A DNA stretch of 64,000 nt from contig RECI01000207.1 in NCBI GenBank assembly GCA_007694095.1, positions 3,217 through 67,216 of the forward strand. Reading direction: 5' to 3'. The stretch comes from Balneolaceae bacterium. GTDB lineage: Bacteria > Bacteroidota > Rhodothermia > Balneolales > Balneolaceae. The notes beneath the pieces are model-generated. The model saw only the letters and a list, made by a program, of their open reading frames with translations. It did no database searches and was not told where the DNA came from. The stretch's first letter is position 1, and every line of letters begins with the position of its first letter. Below are positions 8,327 to 18,625 of the stretch, piece after piece. Position numbers and translations under genes: made by a program.

Positions 8327-11266
8327 ATGACTAATGCAAAATTTACCTGCTCTTATTTAATTATAACGATTACAGCACTTTTACTACTTCCGAATTCATT
8401 GTCAGGGCAATGTAATACAGCTTCGTTCGGCGGAGGAGATGGAACTTCCGCTTCTCCTTATCTGATATCAAATTCTTCTCATTTAAATAATGTCAGAAAT
8501 TGCCTGAACAATGCTAATGTTCAATTCAGGCAAACAGCCCATATTGATTTGAATGTATCACCATACAATAGCGGGGCCGGCTGGGATCCGATAGGTTCAG
8601 AAACTCAAGCTGGAAATGAAGGTGGAGAGAACAGGTTCCGGGGAACCTATGATGGTAACGGTTATATGATTCAAAATCTTTTCATCAACCGGCCTACGCA
8701 GAATAATGTGGGTCTTTTTGGAGTTGTTGGAGCTTCGGGTGTAATAAGGAATGTGCATATCAGCGGTGTTAATGTAAAAGGGTCAAGGGGAACAGGAAGC
8801 CTTGCAGGCAGAACAAGAGGCCTCAGTACGACCATAATAGAGTTTTCTTCAGCAGTAAATGGCACCGTTACCGGCCATGCAGTTACAGGTGGCCTGGTAG
8901 GAGGCAACAATAGCTTCATAACTTCACCGGGTCAGGATTCGGACAGGCCTATTATCAGGAGATCTTACGCTATAATCGATGTGCGACATGAGTTCCAAAC
9001 GAATACTGGTGCCGGTATACTTGAAAAATTTGGCGGCCTGGTGGGCTGTAACCAGAAAGGCCTGACTCAAGACAGCTTTGCAAGGGGCAGTGTCGTCATC
9101 GTAAATACAAGCAGCCAGGAATTAAGACGGGTTGGCGGACTTGCCGGCTGTGCCGATGAAAGAGGCAGAGTTGAACGTAGCTATTCAACCGGCCAGGTTC
9201 AGGCATCCGTTGCGTCAGGTGCAACGGGAACCGTAGCACAAATAGGCGGTTTTTTAGGCAATTTATCGGGAACCGGTGGAGGAAATATCGGCACTGCCGC
9301 TGATAGTTACTGGGACACAGACACTTCAGGATTAACTGGCAGCGCGGGCTTAAATAATGGAGTATTTGCCCGAAATACAACACAAATGAAAACCCAAAGC
9401 AATTTTACGAACTGGGATTTCACCAATATTTGGCAAATAAACTCAAATATTAATGACGGATATCCCTTTTTGCGGGGGTTGAATATCCAGGCACTAGACT
9501 ACTTCTCCAGAAATAATGGTAACTGGACAAATCCGGTAACATGGTCGAATACATCCTGTGGCGGTTCTGCAGGATCAGGTACTCCGGGTCCTGATTCCAA
9601 CGTGATTATATGTTCAGGTACAACTGTGACCATAGAAACCAATGACACTGTGCAGGATTATGCATCTATTACAGTTGAAACGGGTGGAATTTTAACTGTT
9701 TCAAGTGGCGCAACTATTGGCAATGGTGATATCACATTAAACAGTGACGGCTTGTTCTGCAATTTCAGTTCCAGCAATCCGACGTTACAGCTCTTACGAA
9801 ACCTGAATGCCCGTAACAATAATAATGGTCAGGGTGAGGGATGGCGTTATCTTTCCAGCCCGGTATCCGCAAGCTATTCAGAACTTCTCGGCGGTATATG
9901 GACACAGGGAGCAACCGGGGCCAGTTTTGCTGGCGGAACACCTAATGTATACATATGGCCGGATAATCAGCAGATTGAACCACACCCGGAAACTTATCGC
10001 CCATTTTGGGCACCTCAAACAAATCTAAACAGTTCAATTCCTGCCGGAAGGGGAACTTTGGTATATGTTTATGAGAGTGATTTTGACGGTGCAAATGCCG
10101 GCTGGGGAAAAATATTAAGCGTCAACGGCCAGGAAAATGGTAATCTCAGTTTTTCTCCAAACAACACTACAGACGGGTGGAGCCTTCTTGGAAACCCCTA
10201 TGCATGTTCAATCAGTTATAGTGACTTGAATAGCGCAAGCTCAAATGGATTGACATCTGCAGTATATGTCTGGGACCCCAACACTGAGAGCGGTGCTGGC
10301 GGGCAGGATCCTGATCCTAATATAACACCAACCGGAAGCTGGCGTACTTATACAACAACAAATGGCGGGAACGGTGACCTAACAAATGGCATAATCATGC
10401 CCTTCCAGGCATTTTTTGTGCAGAATAATACAACGAATCCCACAGTGGTGTTTAACAATTCCGTTAAAGAAACAGAAACCCGGAATTTTTTAGGTAAAGA
10501 GGCCGAATCTCAAAATATGGTAAGGATGGAAGTGAATGGACAATCTATGAGCAACAGTACATGGCTATCATTTTCTGATTCAGGAGATATGAGAAACACT
10601 GACGGCGATGCGTGGCAGCTGCAGCCGATGTCTTCTGATTACGTCTGGCTTGCAAGCCGCAAAACTGACGGAATTTTTGATATTGGCCATTACCCTCTGC
10701 CGGAATATGAATTTTCTATGCCACTTGAAATACAAGCTACACGTCCGGGTAAATATACTATTACGGCTACTGAAGTCCGTCTTTCAGGATATAATATCAT
10801 ATTTCATGACCTTCATAACAGCTTTAGTGTTCCGATTGATGAATCTTTCAGTTACACTTTCACTTTAGATGTGGCTGCATCCAAACAAAGGGTGATTAAC
10901 CCATTTGAGTTGGCCAATAATGGAAATCTTAAAGCCAAAGCAGATGGTCAATCACGATTTCTGATCACAACTTTTCAAAAAGATTCTGTAAGTGCACTGC
11001 CTCAATATATCAAGTTAAACCAAAACTACCCGAATCCATTTAATCCATCCACAATAATTCGTTTTGAACTTCCAAACCAAAGTAACGTTCGTCTTGAAGT
11101 ATATGATATGACTGGAAGAATGGTGGCAATTCTCGCTGAAGGGCAACTGCCTGCTGGTGTGCATCACGTGAATTTTGATGGCACCAACCTCTCAAGCGGC
11201 ATCTATTTGTACAGGCTTGAGGCATCCGGTATTCAACTAACAAAAAAACTCACTCTTATTAAATAA
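8327..11266 (+). CDS. T9SS type A sorting-domain protein with GLUG-like beta-helical repeats
   Basis: Signal peptide; YLISN..HL..V, GWDPIG, FRGTYDGNG..IQNLFINRP..NVGLFG, repeated GGLVG; C-terminal LNQNYPNPFNPST..GIYLYRL..TKKLTLIK. Confidence 0.88.
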   Translation: MTNAKFTCSYLIITITALLLLPNSLSGQCNTASFGGGDGTSASPYLISNSSHLNNVRNCLNNANVQFRQTAHIDLNVSPYNSGAGWDPIGSETQAGNEGGENRFRGTYDGNGYMIQNLFINRPTQNNVGLFGVVGASGVIRNVHISGVNVKGSRGTGSLAGRTRGLSTTIIEFSSAVNGTVTGHAVTGGLVGGNNSFITSPGQDSDRPIIRRSYAIIDVRHEFQTNTGAGILEKFGGLVGCNQKGLTQDSFARGSVVIVNTSSQELRRVGGLAGCADERGRVERSYSTGQVQASVASGATGTVAQIGGFLGNLSGTGGGNIGTAADSYWDTDTSGLTGSAGLNNGVFARNTTQMKTQSNFTNWDFTNIWQINSNINDGYPFLRGLNIQALDYFSRNNGNWTNPVTWSNTSCGGSAGSGTPGPDSNVIICSGTTVTIETNDTVQDYASITVETGGILTVSSGATIGNGDITLNSDGLFCNFSSSNPTLQLLRNLNARNNNNGQGEGWRYLSSPVSASYSELLGGIWTQGATGASFAGGTPNVYIWPDNQQIEPHPETYRPFWAPQTNLNSSIPAGRGTLVYVYESDFDGANAGWGKILSVNGQENGNLSFSPNNTTDGWSLLGNPYACSISYSDLNSASSNGLTSAVYVWDPNTESGAGGQDPDPNITPTGSWRTYTTTNGGNGDLTNGIIMPFQAFFVQNNTTNPTVVFNNSVKETETRNFLGKEAESQNMVRMEVNGQSMSNSTWLSFSDSGDMRNTDGDAWQLQPMSSDYVWLASRKTDGIFDIGHYPLPEYEFSMPLEIQATRPGKYTITATEVRLSGYNIIFHDLHNSFSVPIDESFSYTFTLDVAASKQRVINPFELANNGNLKAKADGQSRFLITTFQKDSVSALPQYIKLNQNYPNPFNPSTIIRFELPNQSNVRLEVYDMTGRMVAILAEGQLPAGVHHVNFDGTNLSSGIYLYRLEASGIQLTKKLTLIK

Positions 11267-11344
11267 TCAGAGACACGTGGGTAGTCTTTTCATCTTATTA
11301 GTAATTGTGTAATAGAATACTGGACTCTATATAAATTTTACATC

Positions 11345-12883
11345 TCAAAACCCCGATACCGGTTCAGTAAGCACAGAAAGCACGGTAATGATACCCTCAT
11401 AAAGGTTTCCAACCCTTACATTTTCATTCGGGCTGTGCTGATTATTGTCATGATTCACGGTTGGAACTCCAACAGCATCTACATCCAGCGCGGATACGAA
11501 GGGTGCAATTGGCACAGAACCGCCAGAGGTTCTGATAAGAACAGGATCTGTTCCGAATGCCCTGAAGATTGCCCTTTTCAGCCACTCTCCCGTTGGTGAA
11601 TCAATTTCGGTTCTGAAGGCTTCGTATTCAAATTTGTGTGTCACTGTTATCAACCTGTCATATGAAAGGCGTTCCTGTTCGGTTGGTTCTCTATCGATAA
11701 TGTGGTAACCAAGCTCCCGTATGTGATTTTTAACAAGGTCAATCAGGCGGCACGGATCAGATTCTACTACGAGCCGTATATCTATTTCCGCTACAGCTTC
11801 TGACGGCACAATGGTCCTTACATCATCACCAATCCACCCGGAGGCCATACCCCGGATATTGAGCGAAGGATACTGCCTGGATGCCTGCAGAAATGTTGCT
11901 ACGCTATCCTGTCCGGCAACAAGCATATTTTTCTTTATGGCTTCTTCATCATCAGGAACTGCCTTAAGAATTTCGAGTGTCCTGCTGTCCAGTTCAACTC
12001 CATCATAAAAACCCGGAATCAAAACCCTGCCATGTTTATCCTTCATTGATGCCAGAACCTGTGAAAGGCGCAGTGCCGGATTCGGTATGTAATTGCCATA
12101 ATGGCCGCTGTGCTGGGGATTTACCGGCCCGTGAACTGTCAATGTCATTGTTTGGATACCTCTCGCCCCAAATGTTAATGTTGGAAGATTACCCGAATGG
12201 CGCGGCCCGTCAAGTATAATCATATGGTCAGCACTCAGTTGATCACGATATTTCAATACGGCATCAGGCAGATGCGGTGACCCTAATTCTTCTTCAAAAT
12301 CAAGTACTACCTTTACATTATATGCAGGCAAAAGATTTTCATCCTGAATGATATCCATGGCCGTTAAAAACATCCCAATCGGACCCTTATCATCCGAAGC
12401 AGATCTTGCAAAAATTCTCCATTCATGGTCAATATCTCCCTCAGTACTGCTCCAATTAATAATCTCCCACCCTCCATCATCTGTCCTTTTCTTCAGGACA
12501 GGAACAAACGGGTCGGGCTGATCCCATCTTGAAGGATCTACGGGTTGTCCGTCGGCATGCATGTAAAAAAGAACCGTAGCCAGGTTCTGATCAACTTCTA
12601 ATGTTGCCAGCATCAGTGGAGGCCCTTCTGTTTCAAGAATAGAGACATTGAAGTTCCGTTTTATAAATGCATCCTGCATCCACTCAACATTAGAAGATAC
12701 GTGTTCCGGAATGCTGCCTATATTTGGAATGGAGAGCATCTCCCTCAGTTCATCGATGGATTGCTTAAGATATTCACCTGTCTTCAGTTCCATCTCTGCC
12801 TTCGTAAAATTTTGTGCAGATAATGTAAAAGGAAACAGGGTAAGAAAAATAAGTGTAGATTTGATTCGGTGTGCCGTGACCAT
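11345..12883 (-). CDS. M20/M25/M40 family metallopeptidase (secreted)
   Basis: YMHADGQP, ARSASDDKGP, DFEEELGS, DQHSGHYG-like (PQHSGHYG), NQHSPNEN; signal peptide. Confidence 0.88.
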   Translation of the reverse strand: MVTAHRIKSTLIFLTLFPFTLSAQNFTKAEMELKTGEYLKQSIDELREMLSIPNIGSIPEHVSSNVEWMQDAFIKRNFNVSILETEGPPLMLATLEVDQNLATVLFYMHADGQPVDPSRWDQPDPFVPVLKKRTDDGGWEIINWSSTEGDIDHEWRIFARSASDDKGPIGMFLTAMDIIQDENLLPAYNVKVVLDFEEELGSPHLPDAVLKYRDQLSADHMIILDGPRHSGNLPTLTFGARGIQTMTLTVHGPVNPQHSGHYGNYIPNPALRLSQVLASMKDKHGRVLIPGFYDGVELDSRTLEILKAVPDDEEAIKKNMLVAGQDSVATFLQASRQYPSLNIRGMASGWIGDDVRTIVPSEAVAEIDIRLVVESDPCRLIDLVKNHIRELGYHIIDREPTEQERLSYDRLITVTHKFEYEAFRTEIDSPTGEWLKRAIFRAFGTDPVLIRTSGGSVPIAPFVSALDVDAVGVPTVNHDNNQHSPNENVRVGNLYEGIITVLSVLTEPVSGF

Positions 12884-12984
12884 TCTTTGGAATTGATTTA
12901 CAGTTGCAACTACTTGCTAAAAGTACTCATTCCGAATTAATAAAATGGGCAGAACAGTCATTTTTTTGATAATGTTATATCTTG

Positions 12985-13719
12985 TCAAACAGCTTCAGCC
13001 ATATCAAGATTACGATTGGCAAGAGCAGGTTTATCAACTTTTTCATCAACCTCAATTTTCCCGTCTTTCAGGCGTATAACCCTGCGTGCGTGTTCTGCTA
13101 TTTCATTTTCGTGGGTAACCAGGAGTATGGTATTTCCCTGCCTATACAGCTCTTCAAAAAGAAGCATGATCTCTATCCCGGTTTTTGAATCAAGATTTCC
13201 CGTTGGTTCATCAGCAAGAAGGATCGACGGATCGTTTACGAGTGCCCGGGCAATGGCCACACGCTGTCGCTGACCTCCGGAAAGTTCATTTGGTTTGTGA
13301 TCCATTCTGTCGGCAAGTCCCACTTTTGTAAGCGTTTCGATCGCTTTTTCTTTTCGTTTGGAGCTTTTCATTCCGGAATAGATTAACGGCAGTTCTACAT
13401 TGCTAAGACAGTCGGTTCTTGGGAGCAGGTTGAAAGTTTGAAAAACAAAACCGATTTCCCTGTTTCTGATCTGGGCAAGTTCAGAATCTTCGAGGTCACT
13501 AACTTTGTGTCCATTCAAGATGTACTCGCCTGAAGATGGTGTGTCCAGGCATCCTATCATATTCATCAGTGTTGATTTACCGGAGCCTGAAGGTCCCATA
13601 ATGGCAATATATTCATTCTCTTCTACATCAAAGGTTACACCATCAAGTGCTCGAACCAGTGTTTGCCCCATTTGGTAGTGACGTGTTAAATCTTTGATTT
13701 GAATAATTTTTTTTGCCAT
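12985..13719 (-). CDS. ABC transporter ATP-binding protein (MacB/LolD-like)
   Basis: [34 protein letters not shown]. Confidence 0.93.
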   Translation of the reverse strand: MAKKIIQIKDLTRHYQMGQTLVRALDGVTFDVEENEYIAIMGPSGSGKSTLMNMIGCLDTPSSGEYILNGHKVSDLEDSELAQIRNREIGFVFQTFNLLPRTDCLSNVELPLIYSGMKSSKRKEKAIETLTKVGLADRMDHKPNELSGGQRQRVAIARALVNDPSILLADEPTGNLDSKTGIEIMLLFEELYRQGNTILLVTHENEIAEHARRVIRLKDGKIEVDEKVDKPALANRNLDMAEAV

Positions 13720-13740
13720 GATAAAATTTCAGATAAGTTA

Positions 13741-15081
13741 TTAGTTGTTTCTTACTAAGATTTTGTCACCATCTTCCAGTTCACGTGACAATACCCGGTA
13801 ACTGCCTGTTACGATTTCCATACCGGCATTCACTCCACTCATAATTTGCATATGGGTGTTATCGCTGATTCCGGTCTCCACTTCAACCCTTTTTGCAATC
13901 CCCTCATCATTCACAAATACCACTCTTCTGAAATCTTCACCATTCCCGGAACGTCTTGAACTATTTGAAGCAGACATGTTTGTTGTATCAGATTCTGATT
14001 TATCAAGAGAAAAATCCCGAACGGTAACCGCCTGTATAGGTATTGAAACCACATCGTAAACAGTATTCGTCCTGATATCCACAGTTGCCGACATACCTGG
14101 TTTAAAATTAGGTGCAATTTCCCTTTCCGGGGTTTCAGCTATATTCATTGCCAAAAATTCACCTGAAGTGTGATCCAGGTTATGAGAAGTGGTGATTCGT
14201 ATTTTCACCTTGTAGTTGGTAACCTGGTCGGCAGAGCCGGTTCCAGTTACATCAGCGGAGTTTGCAATTTCAGTTACGATGCCTTCGAATGAACGATTGG
14301 GATAAGCATCAACTTCGATCATGGATGTATCAGCCAGAGTAACATTTACAATATCGTTCTCATTTACATCTACAACAACTTCCATCTGCTCCATTCGAGC
14401 AATTCTCATCATTTCGGTACCGGCTGTTTGTGCCTGGCCAAGTACGCGCTCACCGCGTTCAACAGCCAGTCTGCTTATGGTACCGTTTTTGGGAGAACGG
14501 ATTACCGTCTGCTGCAGTTCTTCTTCGGCCCGTCTCAATTGTGCCCTTGCACTTTCAATTTGATACTCAGTTGCCCTAAAATTGGCTTTTTGAGCTTCAA
14601 GATTGTTATTTGATTGCAAATACTCGAGTTCTGAAATCAGGCCTCGATCATAAAGCTGCTTATTTTTCAGGTATTCGACTTCGGCCTGCAGCATCGTAGC
14701 TCTTGCTTGTTCCATTCTGGCTCTTTGGGTAAGTAATGAAGCGTTTAATTCGTCAATCCTGGCTTCATAAAGATCGGGTTTAATTCTGAGCAAAAGTTCG
14801 CCTTCCCGTACAAAATCGCCTTCTTTCACATTGAGTTCAATAATTTCACCCGATACATCGGGACGAATGATCACTTCAACTTCCGGCTGTATACGTCCTG
14901 ATGCAGAAACGATTTGTGTTATGGTGCGTAATTCAGCTATCTCGGTATCAACTTCCTTTTCACCAGATCCGCCATCAATCCAACCGGCCAGTTTTGCAAC
15001 CACTCCACCAACAATGATGATGATTACAAGAATTCCGAGAATTTTAAGTAGTTTTTTTGTTGCTGATTTATCTTTTGCCAT
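13741..15081 (-). CDS. Efflux RND/ABC periplasmic adaptor subunit (MacA-like)
   Basis: N-terminal TM helix, ASGRIQP..VSGEI lipoyl half, alpha-hairpin, IRSPKNGTI, FKPGMSATVDI, VETGISD. Confidence 0.92.
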   Translation of the reverse strand: MAKDKSATKKLLKILGILVIIIIVGGVVAKLAGWIDGGSGEKEVDTEIAELRTITQIVSASGRIQPEVEVIIRPDVSGEIIELNVKEGDFVREGELLLRIKPDLYEARIDELNASLLTQRARMEQARATMLQAEVEYLKNKQLYDRGLISELEYLQSNNNLEAQKANFRATEYQIESARAQLRRAEEELQQTVIRSPKNGTISRLAVERGERVLGQAQTAGTEMMRIARMEQMEVVVDVNENDIVNVTLADTSMIEVDAYPNRSFEGIVTEIANSADVTGTGSADQVTNYKVKIRITTSHNLDHTSGEFLAMNIAETPEREIAPNFKPGMSATVDIRTNTVYDVVSIPIQAVTVRDFSLDKSESDTTNMSASNSSRRSGNGEDFRRVVFVNDEGIAKRVEVETGISDNTHMQIMSGVNAGMEIVTGSYRVLSRELEDGDKILVRNN

Positions 15082-15109
15082 CTCTATGGAATGTAATTTT
15101 TATGTGATA

Positions 15110-16456
15110 TCAAAACTCTGTAAATGGATCAAGCTGTCCCAAAAAGTAATCCAATAACTGTTCCTGGAACACAAAATTGTAAATAGCCTGAACCCTGTTC
15201 GATTGAGCTTGTACGTAATTTGCGTTAGCAAGATTCAACTCAATTAGTGTGGATGAACCTATCTCATAACGCTGCTGTTCTGTTTCATATGCCCTTTCCG
15301 CTGCACGCAGTGCCTTCTCTGTTGATTCGAGTTCTTTTACAATAGACTGGTAATCACTATAAGCCTGCCTCACCTCTTCTGAAATCTGGAAACGGACATT
15401 ATCCAGCTGCAACTGACTGTTACGCAGCTGAACATGTGCCGCCTGTACGGTTGTACGTGTATTCCATCTGGTGAAGATTGGTATTTGTATGTTAAAACCA
15501 ATGTTGCGCGTAATGTTTTGATCAAAAAACTGATCGCTGAACGATACTGTTTCACCCATAAATGAAAACTGGTCACTATACCTGGCACTGATACCTGCAC
15601 TTGCGGTTATGGTAGGCAGAAATTGTGCCCTTGCAATCCGGTAATTTTGCTGGTTGCTTTCAATTTCGAACTCCTGTGCCCTGAAATCGCTGCGGCGTGT
15701 AAGTGCGGCATCCAGAAGATCATACAAGTCAAGTTCAACAGGAATCAGTGAAAGTTCGTCTATCGAAGGCATGCTTGTTTGAATTTCAGTTATGGTATCA
15801 TCCTGCATAATCCTGATCAGTTGGGCCTTACTGACAGCCAGTGCATTTTCACGCTGTATGACGGTCAATTCATCACTTGCAACAGAAGATTCCTGATTAT
15901 AAAGATCGACAATGGGCCTTGCACCCACTTCAACCTGTGCTCTTACCTGTTCAAGCTGACTCTCGGATGCCTGTAGGGTGCTTTCAGAAATTTTCAACAA
16001 CTCTTCATTTAATACGACTTGTAAATAGCGGCTGGCAGTATTAAACATGATGTTTTCCCTTAACCTCACCAGTTGAAGTTCTTCAGATGAACGGTCTGCT
16101 TCAACCATTCGCAAATTATAGATATTGCTAAATCCATTAAAAACTGTAACACTTGAATTAAGGCTCCCTCCAAGGTTATATGTTGTTCTGTCTTCAAATG
16201 CGAGATCTTCCTGGATAAACTGGCGGCCAACATTTCGGTTGCCTGAAAATCCTGCATTCAGATTCGGAAGAAAATCAGCCTGAGCATTTCTGATACGGGT
16301 ATCCGCAAGGCTCCTGTTGTTTTCAGCCTGTTTTATCTGGTAGTTATTTTCGAGTGCAATTTGAACAGCTTCTTCCAGCGTTATGGATTGCTGCTGTGCT
16401 TTCAGTAAAAATGGCACAAAAAATAAACAGGTTAGTAGAATAAATTTTCGCTTCAT
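15110..16456 (-). CDS. TolC-family outer-membrane efflux protein
   Basis: ITLEEAVQIALENN, FLPNL, ARAQFLPTI, QIPIF, RYEIGSSTLIELN. Confidence 0.92.
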   Translation of the reverse strand: MKRKFILLTCLFFVPFLLKAQQQSITLEEAVQIALENNYQIKQAENNRSLADTRIRNAQADFLPNLNAGFSGNRNVGRQFIQEDLAFEDRTTYNLGGSLNSSVTVFNGFSNIYNLRMVEADRSSEELQLVRLRENIMFNTASRYLQVVLNEELLKISESTLQASESQLEQVRAQVEVGARPIVDLYNQESSVASDELTVIQRENALAVSKAQLIRIMQDDTITEIQTSMPSIDELSLIPVELDLYDLLDAALTRRSDFRAQEFEIESNQQNYRIARAQFLPTITASAGISARYSDQFSFMGETVSFSDQFFDQNITRNIGFNIQIPIFTRWNTRTTVQAAHVQLRNSQLQLDNVRFQISEEVRQAYSDYQSIVKELESTEKALRAAERAYETEQQRYEIGSSTLIELNLANANYVQAQSNRVQAIYNFVFQEQLLDYFLGQLDPFTEF

Positions 16457-16705
16457 GGTTATCTGTAGTTTGATTTAATGAATTTACACGTAGAAGTGTA
16501 ACCAGAGTTTCAATAAAAAAACTCTGATTTTCCAAATAAAAACGATTTTTAACATTTGGAATGCTTTGTGACAGTTAGACGAAAGGGATAAACTGCCGTT
16601 TGATCTTGTTTGAGTCTATCCCGCAGAAAATCCTTACGATAAACATACCGGGTTACATTCGATGAGCATCCGATTACTGTCCATTTTCTTTTTGTGCGAA
16701 ATCAG

Positions 16706-17143
16706 TCAGAGCTGTCTCTTTTCAGAGAACTTCTGATCTACAAAGTCTGAAATATAAGATGCAGCTCTTGAGGCAGCTATTCTTTTCATTTCGTCAATCA
16801 ATAATCCTGTAAAACCGGGGCCGCTGTATCCTGTAGTGTTCTCCTTACGCTGATCCACCTTTTTCCCATTTCTACTTTTTTTAGAAAAGCCAAGTGCAAT
16901 GCCGGCTGCAACTGCAATGCCAATGGCAATAAATGGTTTATTTTTGATCAAGGAAACCGGCTTGAAAGGCCCTAAAAATCGCTCTTTTATTGATTGAATT
17001 CTTTTTTCAAAATTACCTTCAAGGAGTTCCAGGTCGTCCTTCACCTTTTTTTTCCGGATGCGAATCTCTTTCATAGTCATATTACTTTTATTCACGGTTC
17101 GCTTCTCCATTTTCTCCATCGGATTCATCTTCTTCCTTATCAA
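16706..17143 (-). CDS. Hypothetical membrane-anchored protein (YqjK/DUF883-like)
   Basis: Coiled N-terminus then KNKPFIAIGIAVAAGIALG; overlaps the upstream holin-like gene. Confidence 0.55.
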   Translation of the reverse strand: MIRKKMNPMEKMEKRTVNKSNMTMKEIRIRKKKVKDDLELLEGNFEKRIQSIKERFLGPFKPVSLIKNKPFIAIGIAVAAGIALGFSKKSRNGKKVDQRKENTTGYSGPGFTGLLIDEMKRIAASRAASYISDFVDQKFSEKRQL

Positions 17144-17495
17144 AATTTTCGAGTACTTTCGACATTAGAACGGCCTGAATCTTTTCAGTGAACCGTTTTG
17201 ACTTTCTCTTGCTGAAGATAAATCCGAAAATAAGAAGCGGCAATGCAGAAATGGCGAAACCGCCACCAATACTCCCAATTAATTCTCCCAGTAAATATCC
17301 CAATGCAAACCAAACAAATAAAAATCCTGCAGCGAGGATTAAGAAACCAAGGAACCGCTGGAAAGAGTGGGCAATCATCAGGGATATCTGTTCCGAAATT
17401 GTAATCACAAATAGCTCAACCCGTTTTTCAGCATATTCACGGATTTCCTTTCTCAGATCCTGCTTATCTTCGATATTATATTGATCATCTGACAT
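17088..17495 (-). CDS. Phage holin-family (YqjE-like) membrane protein
   Basis: EYAEKRVELF followed by two hydrophobic helices; sits between two DUF883-like genes. Confidence 0.65.
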   Translation of the reverse strand: MSDDQYNIEDKQDLRKEIREYAEKRVELFVITISEQISLMIAHSFQRFLGFLILAAGFLFVWFALGYLLGELIGSIGGGFAISALPLLIFGFIFSKRKSKRFTEKIQAVLMSKVLENFDKEEDESDGENGEANRE

Positions 17496-17505
17496 TATAA
17501 TAGAA

Positions 17506-17709
17506 TTATCTCAAAATTTTGCCAATCAGGTAACCGATCGCCACACCGATCGCCACACTACTAATGGGATGTTTTCTGATCAGTAATTCTGTTTCAGTTT
17601 TGAGTTCGTTAAACTTTTCTTCAAACTCCACATTTCTCAGCATGGAATGGCCTTCCTCCAAAACACCCTCAAGCTCATCATTCAGGTCATTAATAATATT
17701 CTCATCCAT
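17506..17709 (-). CDS. ElaB/YqjD/DUF883-like small protein
   Basis: C-terminal IRKHPISSVAIGVAIGYLIGKILR. Confidence 0.7.
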   Translation of the reverse strand: MDENIINDLNDELEGVLEEGHSMLRNVEFEEKFNELKTETELLIRKHPISSVAIGVAIGYLIGKILR

Positions 17710-17853
17710 AATTCAATCATTTAAATTGCAATTATCTTTTCAAGAGTTAAAATAACATCTTACCATCATAAGCGAAATAAATAGATGAAATATTACAAAT
17801 CTCTAAATAAATCGAATTGTCTTTCGGATCATTTGACTATATCTTAGACAGTT

Positions 17854-18126
17854 ATGGCAAAAACAAAACTGACATCATCAGAAACAGCTATCCTCAGAGA
17901 ACTGATTTTTCCTGAAACAGTTGATCATATTGTATCAGAAACCGGGCTTCCATTTGGCGCAATTCGTGATGATTTGATGAAAATGATCAACTACGGCTAT
18001 ATTGAAGTTTATGATGAAGCATCCTTGCGTTTGGTTTCACCGTTTTACGATTCCGACAATATCAGGAGCTTTACCTATAAAGCCACCAAATCCGGATTGA
18101 AATATATTCAAACCCATGCTTTTTAA
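17854..18126 (+). CDS. Hypothetical protein, possible winged-helix
   Basis: 90 aa, ETGLPFGAIRDDLMKMINYGYI..YKATKSG pattern; overlaps the next gene. Confidence 0.55.
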   Translation: MAKTKLTSSETAILRELIFPETVDHIVSETGLPFGAIRDDLMKMINYGYIEVYDEASLRLVSPFYDSDNIRSFTYKATKSGLKYIQTHAF

Positions 18127-18625
18127 AACCATCATAAACGACCAGGTATTTCATGTTGAGGTTGACCGGAAACGATCTGTTGCCCGAATCAATGATGAAA
18201 AATTGAAGTTTGAAATTGTTGAGCATAAAAACGGGAGAATTATTCTTAGATCAGGAACCAAACTATATAAATTTGATAACATCAGTGTGAACGGCAGCAA
18301 TGTATCATTTGCAATGAACGGTGCTTTTTTTGATGCCAAAGTTAAAGATGAAAAAGACCTGCTTCTTGAGAAACTCGGATTTGAAAATCATACAGAAAAC
18401 AAAGCTGGCGATTTACGGGCACCCATGCCCGGAAAAATCTTGGAAATCATGATTCAACAGGGTGATAAAGTGTCTGCCGGGCAACCGCTAATAATCCTGG
18501 AAGCAATGAAGATGGAGAATGAACTGAAGGCACCGGCCGGCGGGGAAATATCTTCACTGCTCGTTAATACCGGCGAAAACGTAGAAAAAAACCAACATTT
18601 ATTAGTCATATCTCCAAGTGGATAA
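18116..18625 (+). CDS. Biotin carboxyl carrier (biotinyl-domain) subunit of an acyl-CoA carboxylase
   Basis: RAPMPGKI..ILEAMKMENELKAP biotinylation motif with an N-terminal beta domain. Confidence 0.9.
   Translation: MLFKTIINDQVFHVEVDRKRSVARINDEKLKFEIVEHKNGRIILRSGTKLYKFDNISVNGSNVSFAMNGAFFDAKVKDEKDLLLEKLGFENHTENKAGDLRAPMPGKILEIMIQQGDKVSAGQPLIILEAMKMENELKAPAGGEISSLLVNTGENVEKNQHLLVISPSG

Noticed and set aside
16706-17709. Prophage lysis cassette, because of the holin-like gene
   Set aside because: It is flanked by DUF883/ElaB-like genes in the common yqjDEK-type arrangement; no endolysin, integrase or structural genes.
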